From Rebecca billardiae RCC1528 (lineage: Eukaryota > Protista > Haptophyta), in the NCBI GenBank assembly GCA_965240325.2, contig OZ251226.1:2046001-2110000 (forward strand): a stretch of DNA of 64,000 nt, in the 5' to 3' direction. Below are positions 58,806 to 64,000 of the stretch, piece after piece; within the stretch, counting starts at the first letter, position 1; every line of letters begins with the position of its first letter. A program made the translations under genes and the position numbers. The notes below the pieces were generated by a model. The model was not told the origin of the DNA and searched no databases. It saw nothing but the letters and a program-made list of their open reading frames with translations.

Positions 58806-61448
58806 ATGGTGGCCGGGTCGTGCGATCTTGGCACCAATCGGCCGCCGCCGCGCGCGGCGACGATACGGCTAGTTGCGCACGGTTGGGAGAGCCACTCGGT
58901 CGCCACCTCCCTCATCTCGGTGCTGCTGGCCTCGGCCCTCTCGTACAACGTCGAGCGCGAGCGCATCACCACGGGCGCAGACACGTTTGACGCGCTCGCG
59001 CGTGGGCGCGTGCACGTCGACGCCGAGGCGTGGCCCGACTCGCAGGCGTCAGCGTACGAGGAGTACGTGGTGAGGCGTGCGTCGGTCACCTCGGCGGGTC
59101 CGATCGGCTACTCAGGGCGTTCGGGCCTCTACGCCACCGAAGCGCTGCTGCGCGGCGACGATTGCGACACGTGGCGCGCGCTGCGCCGCGCGTCCGTCAT
59201 CTCGCGCCTACCGACGGTGGACGAGCTCGGCGAGAGCGACACGCCGGTGCACACGGGCGAGTACGCCGCGTGCGCCGGCCCGCCCTCCCGCCCGCCCTCC
59301 GCGCGCGAGCCCGGCCCGTGCGCCGCGCTCGTGCACGTGAGCCACGCATACGACAGGGACCTTGTGGAGGCACTGACGGATGGACTCCGGCTCAACCTGA
59401 GCGTGTGGTACGCCGGCACGGTGGGCGCGCACGAGGGGCTGGTGCGCGACGCGGCGGAGTGGGGCGGGCCGATGCTCGCGTACGCGTACCGCCCGTCCAC
59501 GCTGCTCGCCACGCTGAACGCGACCAGCCTGCGCCGGCTGAGCCTGCCGGAGGAGGCGCGCGTGTGCGCGCACAGGCTGAGTGCAGACAACGGGCGCCGC
59601 CTCGAGTGCGACTTCCCGTCGCAGGCGCTGCTCACACTGCACACGCGCGCGCTCGCGCGGACGCACCCGACCGCCGAGCGCCTGCTCCGCGCCGTCTCCG
59701 TGCCCGCCGACGCCGTGGACGAGATGCTGGGCTGGCTGCACGCGCGAGACTTGGGCCGGCCGGGCGGTGGCGGCGCGCCCTCGCAGGCCGAGGCGGCGGC
59801 GGCGGCGGCGGCGGAGGCGGAGGAGGACGAGTACGCGTGGCCGGACGCGGTGGCGTGCGCGTGGCTGCGCGAGCACCGCGAGCAGTGGGAGCCGTGGGTG
59901 CAGGCCGCGCTCGGCGAGGACGCGAACGCCGCGGCTACCACCGCACTCGCCGCCGCGCTCGTTGGTCTGACCCTGTGCGCGTGCGGCTGTTCTTTCGCGT
60001 ACGCGCGCGCGAGCCGCCGGCTGCGGCTCGCGAGGCGGATGGGTGTCGACGCGAACGAGGCGCTGTTCGGGCCCGCGGAGGGCGGCGCGCGCGGCAAGGC
60101 GCGGCGCGCGACGAGGCTTGCCGCGTTTGCGCTCGGCTGCGCCGGCCCCGCGGCGCTGCACGCCGATGAGCCGTCGCCAGCGCCGGCCGGCGTGGCGGCG
60201 GCGGGCGGCGCCGAGCGCGCTGACGGCGTGCGCGGCGCGGGGTCCGCGGCGCAGGCGCAGTCGGAGCCGCAGGGCGAGGGCGCGGCCGACGGCGGCGGGA
60301 GCGCGCGGCGCTTCGCCATCTCCATCGTGCTCATCGGCGCGGCGCTCGGCATCTCGGTCGGCACGTACGGCTCGCTCGAGGGCTGGTCGGCGCTCGACGC
60401 GGTTTACTTTGCGATTGCCACGCTCACTACCGTGGGGTACGGTGACCTCACGCCGAGCACGGAGGCGGGGCGCGGCTTCACGATCGCGTTCGCGCTGGCG
60501 AGCATGGGCGTGCTCGGCTTTGCGCTCGTCGCGTTCGTCTCGGGCCTGCTCGAGGCGCAGGAGGCGGCGCGCAGGCGCGTGGTGCACCTCTCTGTGCGCA
60601 GCATGTACCGCGTGCGCGACAGCCGCGCGCTGCGCCGGCTCAGCGGTGCGGGTGCGGAGTCGAGCGCCGAGGCGGCCGCCCACGCCGCGGCGGCGGAGCG
60701 GCTGCGCGCGGCGGAGCAGGCGGAGGCGCGCGAGCAGGCCGAGCCCGAGACGCCTGCGCAGTTCGTGCGCGCGCTGCTGCGGCTCTCGCAGCCGCTGGTG
60801 GTGTGCCTGACGGGCGGGGTGGCCCTGGGCGCGCTCGTCGAGGGCTGGAGCGCGGTGGACTCGCTCTACTACGCCGTCATCACCGTGACGACGATCGGCT
60901 TTGGCGACCTCTCGCCGCAGACGCTGCTCGGCCGCGCGCTCGCGTGCGCGTTCCTGCCGCTCTCGGTCGCGGGCGTGGCCAAGGCGGTGCAGGACATCGC
61001 GCAGCACGCCTCGATGCAGTGGACGCTGCGCCGCACGCAGGACGTGGAGGCGCTGCTGCGCACCGCGGGTGTGGCCGAACTCAACGAGGCCGACTTCTTG
61101 CTGCACGTCGTCTCGCAGCTGTACGGCGTCGACCCGCGCGTCACGAGCGCGATCCGCGCGCAGTTCAGCCGGCTCGACGTCGACGGGAGCGGCACGGTGG
61201 ACTACGGCGACGTGAAGGTGATGCTCGAGCGGCAGCGCGCCGCGCGCGAGGCGGCACGCCGCGCGTGCGAGCAGGGCGGCACGTCGGCCGCCGCCTCGGA
61301 GGGCGGGCTGCTGCTGGGCGGTTTGAGCCCCGTCGCAGGCAGCCGCGGCGCGGGCGAGGGCGGCGGGTACGCAGGGCTGGAGATGCGCGGCGTCCTCGAC
61401 GAGACACCGCCGGGCCTCCGGAGCGCGGAGATCTGGGTCGGCGTCTGA
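58806..61448 (+). CDS. OpuAC/ProX-type substrate-binding domain fused via a TM helix to a two-pore-domain (TPK/K2P) K+ channel with EF-hand
   Basis: IRLVAHGWESHSVATSLISVLL...FDALARGRVHVDAEAWP...IGYSGRSGLY...ACAWLREHREQWEPWV (betaine-binding protein pattern). Pores TLTTVGYGDLTP and TVTTIGFGDLSP. EF-hand FSRLDVDGSGTVDYGDV. One uninterrupted 880-aa ORF. Confidence 0.85.
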   Translation: MVAGSCDLGTNRPPPRAATIRLVAHGWESHSVATSLISVLLASALSYNVERERITTGADTFDALARGRVHVDAEAWPDSQASAYEEYVVRRASVTSAGPIGYSGRSGLYATEALLRGDDCDTWRALRRASVISRLPTVDELGESDTPVHTGEYAACAGPPSRPPSAREPGPCAALVHVSHAYDRDLVEALTDGLRLNLSVWYAGTVGAHEGLVRDAAEWGGPMLAYAYRPSTLLATLNATSLRRLSLPEEARVCAHRLSADNGRRLECDFPSQALLTLHTRALARTHPTAERLLRAVSVPADAVDEMLGWLHARDLGRPGGGGAPSQAEAAAAAAAEAEEDEYAWPDAVACAWLREHREQWEPWVQAALGEDANAAATTALAAALVGLTLCACGCSFAYARASRRLRLARRMGVDANEALFGPAEGGARGKARRATRLAAFALGCAGPAALHADEPSPAPAGVAAAGGAERADGVRGAGSAAQAQSEPQGEGAADGGGSARRFAISIVLIGAALGISVGTYGSLEGWSALDAVYFAIATLTTVGYGDLTPSTEAGRGFTIAFALASMGVLGFALVAFVSGLLEAQEAARRRVVHLSVRSMYRVRDSRALRRLSGAGAESSAEAAAHAAAAERLRAAEQAEAREQAEPETPAQFVRALLRLSQPLVVCLTGGVALGALVEGWSAVDSLYYAVITVTTIGFGDLSPQTLLGRALACAFLPLSVAGVAKAVQDIAQHASMQWTLRRTQDVEALLRTAGVAELNEADFLLHVVSQLYGVDPRVTSAIRAQFSRLDVDGSGTVDYGDVKVMLERQRAAREAARRACEQGGTSAAASEGGLLLGGLSPVAGSRGAGEGGGYAGLEMRGVLDETPPGLRSAEIWVGV

Positions 61449-61576
61449 CTTGTGATGAGCACGCTTACGTGAAGTATGATGATACTGTACGACTGTGTGT
61501 GGGTGTGTCGGTCAGCCATTGTGGAATCTGCAGGCGAGTCCGGAGCAGCACGTGCGTGCGGCGCGTGCAAACCACG

Positions 61577-63899
61577 ATGTCGAGGAGCGGCACGCCAGAC
61601 ATCGAGCACGACGCGCTGTCCAAGGCGCTGCTGTACGTGCTGATCAGCGTGGACTCGGAGGTCGATGGCGTGCCCGAGATCCTCTTCACGGAGACGGAAG
61701 GGAACAAGAGCGCGCTCGCCAACTTTGGCGGCCCTCCGCCGCCGCCAGGCGCGCACGACCCGTCGGAGCTCTTCGTGAACCGCGACGCGTACGCGCGCGC
61801 GCGCGGCCGGCTGCTCGACAGCTCGCTGTGCTCGCAGCAGGGGGCCGCGCTGCGCGCCGTGGACGCTCGCCTCGCGCCGACCGACGGCGACGCCAACATC
61901 CGCGCGCTGCTCGAGTGCGTGCTGCACTGGCGCTTTGTGAGCGAGGTCGGCTGGGGCGTGCCCGGCATGCGCCGGCTCGCGCCGCTCGCCGCGCCGGTCG
62001 AGGCGATGGTGTCCGACGAGCGGCTGACGGGGATCACACGCGCCTCGTTCTGCGCCGCGCTCGGCTGCTTCCTCGCCGAGGTCGCGGGCAAGCTGCCGCA
62101 GGCGGCGTACTACCTGAAGGAGGCGCTCGAGGCGAAGGAGACGGAGCTTGGCGCCGACCACGAGGAGACGGGCGCGGCGCTCAACGAGCTCGGCGCGTGC
62201 CATCGCGCGATGGGGCAGTACGACGAGGCGGAGGCGCTGCTGCTCCGCGCCGCCGACGTGTGCGCGCGCCACGGCACCACCGAGGCGCGCCTCGCCGTCG
62301 AGCACAACGTCGCCACCGTGTACGCCGCGCGCGCGCAGTACTCACTCGCGGAGGAGCGGCTCAAGGGCGCGCTCGACACGGCCGGCCGCGCGCTCCCGGC
62401 GGACCACCCGCTCGTGGGCTGCCTGCTCGTGGCGCAGGCGCAGCTGCTTGTCGCCATGGTGCGCGCCGCGCGCGGTGCGCCGCGCCACGCCGCGCGCTCA
62501 CGCGCGCGTGCCACGATCTCCCACGATCTCGCACGATCTCCCACGATCTCCCACGATCTCGCACCAACTCTCCCCCGCCCCCCGCCCCGGCTCTGCCGCG
62601 CGCTTTCGCGCGCCGTGCCGGCCGCAGGGCCAGCTTGAGACGGTGGACGGCTTGCTCACGCGCGCGCTCGGCGTTTTCAACGGCTCGGCCGCGACGCTCG
62701 CGATGCAGCAGGCGGCCGCCTCCGCCTCCGCCTCCGCCGAGCTCCCGTCCGCGCTCACCGCCGGCGACAAGGCGGCGCGCGCCCGCGGCGTGCGCGTCGC
62801 GATCGCCACGCAGCAGATCGGGCAGCTCACCCTCTCGCTCGGACGGCTCGTCGACGGCGAGAAGCAGCTGCTCTCGGTGCGCGCGCCGCGGCGTGTCCGT
62901 GTGTGCCCCTGTGTGTGTGTTACGTGCGTGCGCGCGCGCGGCTCGCGCAGCCGAGCGCCGGGTCTGTCTCATCCGTACCGCCCCCGCCGCACCCCCGCCG
63001 CGGCACGGCGCGCGGCGTGCTGTGCTCGTGAGCAGGCGCTCGCCATGCTGAACGAGCAGTGCGATGCCGGGCATGTGCGCGTGCTGTCCGCGGCCAACGC
63101 GCTGGCCGTGGCCTTCCACAACCAGGGCCGGCATGACGAGGCGCACGACATTCTCACGCGCGGGCTGGCGGCGTGCGAGACGCAGCGCCTCGGCACACAC
63201 CCGCTGATGGCCGCCACCCTCTCAAACCTCGCGGCCGTCGAGCTGGACCGCGGGCAGCCGGCGCAGGCGGAGCCGCTGCTGCGGCGCGCGGCCAACGTCG
63301 TGACCGAGGTGCTGGGCGACGCGCACCCGATGTCCGCGGCGGCGCTGCACAACCTCGCGGACGCGTGCGAGGCGAACGGCCGGCTGGACGAGGCGCTTGA
63401 GCTGTACACGCGCGCGCTCGAGCTCGCCGAGTCCACGCTCGGCGCCGAGCACGTCGCGAGCGCGCGCACGCGCTCCAACCTCGGAGTGCTGCTGCGCAAG
63501 CGAGGCGACGCCGACGGCGCGCGCGCGCACTTTGCGCGCGCGCACGAGCTGCTGCGCGCGCGGCTGGGCGAGCGGCACCCCGAGACGGCGCGCGCGCTCG
63601 CCAACGTCGGGTGCGCCGCGGCGGACGCGCAGCGGTACGACGAGGCCGAGCGCGCGCTGCGCGCCGCCCTCGCCGTGGAGGAGGAGGTGCTCGGGCCCGT
63701 CCACCTCGAGACCGCGGGCACGCTCACCAACCTCGGCGCCGTGCTCGCCGAGCAGCCCGGCCAGTCGGACGAGGCGGCGGCGACGCTGCGCCGCGCGGCG
63801 CGTGCGTTCCGCGGCACGCTCGGCGCCGGCGCGCTGCAGACGCGCGCGGCGCTCGGCTGGCTGAAGCTCGTGGAGGCCCGCCGAGCGGGCGGCCGATGA
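61577..63899 (+). CDS. Tetratricopeptide-repeat protein (kinesin-light-chain/nephrocystin-3-like TPR); exons 61577-62458, 62628-62876, 63036-63899
   Basis: Repeated LG.DHP.TA..L.NL(A/G)...G.YDEAE.L..RAL units; two GTGCGC...CAG introns restore the frame. Confidence 0.88.
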
Positions 63900-64000
63900 A
63901 GCATTGACTACCGTGGTCGTCTTGCGTCGTCGTCACCTGTCACCTGCGTCAAAGTGACGACCACGACGATATCGCGCCCCAAAATACAGGGGTCTCAACA

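Overview
High-GC (roughly 70%+), intron-containing eukaryotic DNA. Introns are short, with GTGCGC donors, YAG acceptors and CTSAC branch-like motifs. The style suggests an alga such as a haptophyte, which is inference only. Genes: a P2X receptor head-to-head with a two-pore channel that carries an extra six-EF-hand tail; a sulfotransferase/TBL-type acetyltransferase fusion; a Sec14/CRAL-TRIO protein; a ~25 kb, ~24-intron polycystin-1-like surface receptor (six RCC1-repeat modules, a ~3.6 kb SPPP stalk, IPT, REJ, GPS, 5 TM); Nup107; a glycine-betaine-binding (OpuAC/ProX-type) domain fused to a TPK/K2P potassium channel; and a TPR protein. The stretch from about 11.5 to 27.4 kb is mostly non-autonomous DNA transposons, MITEs and repeats. 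The best novelty candidates are the solute-binding-protein/K2P fusion, the giant RCC1-extensin-PKD1 receptor and the P2X(IQ)/TPC(8 EF) pair. All calls come from motif recognition by eye; no database searches were run.
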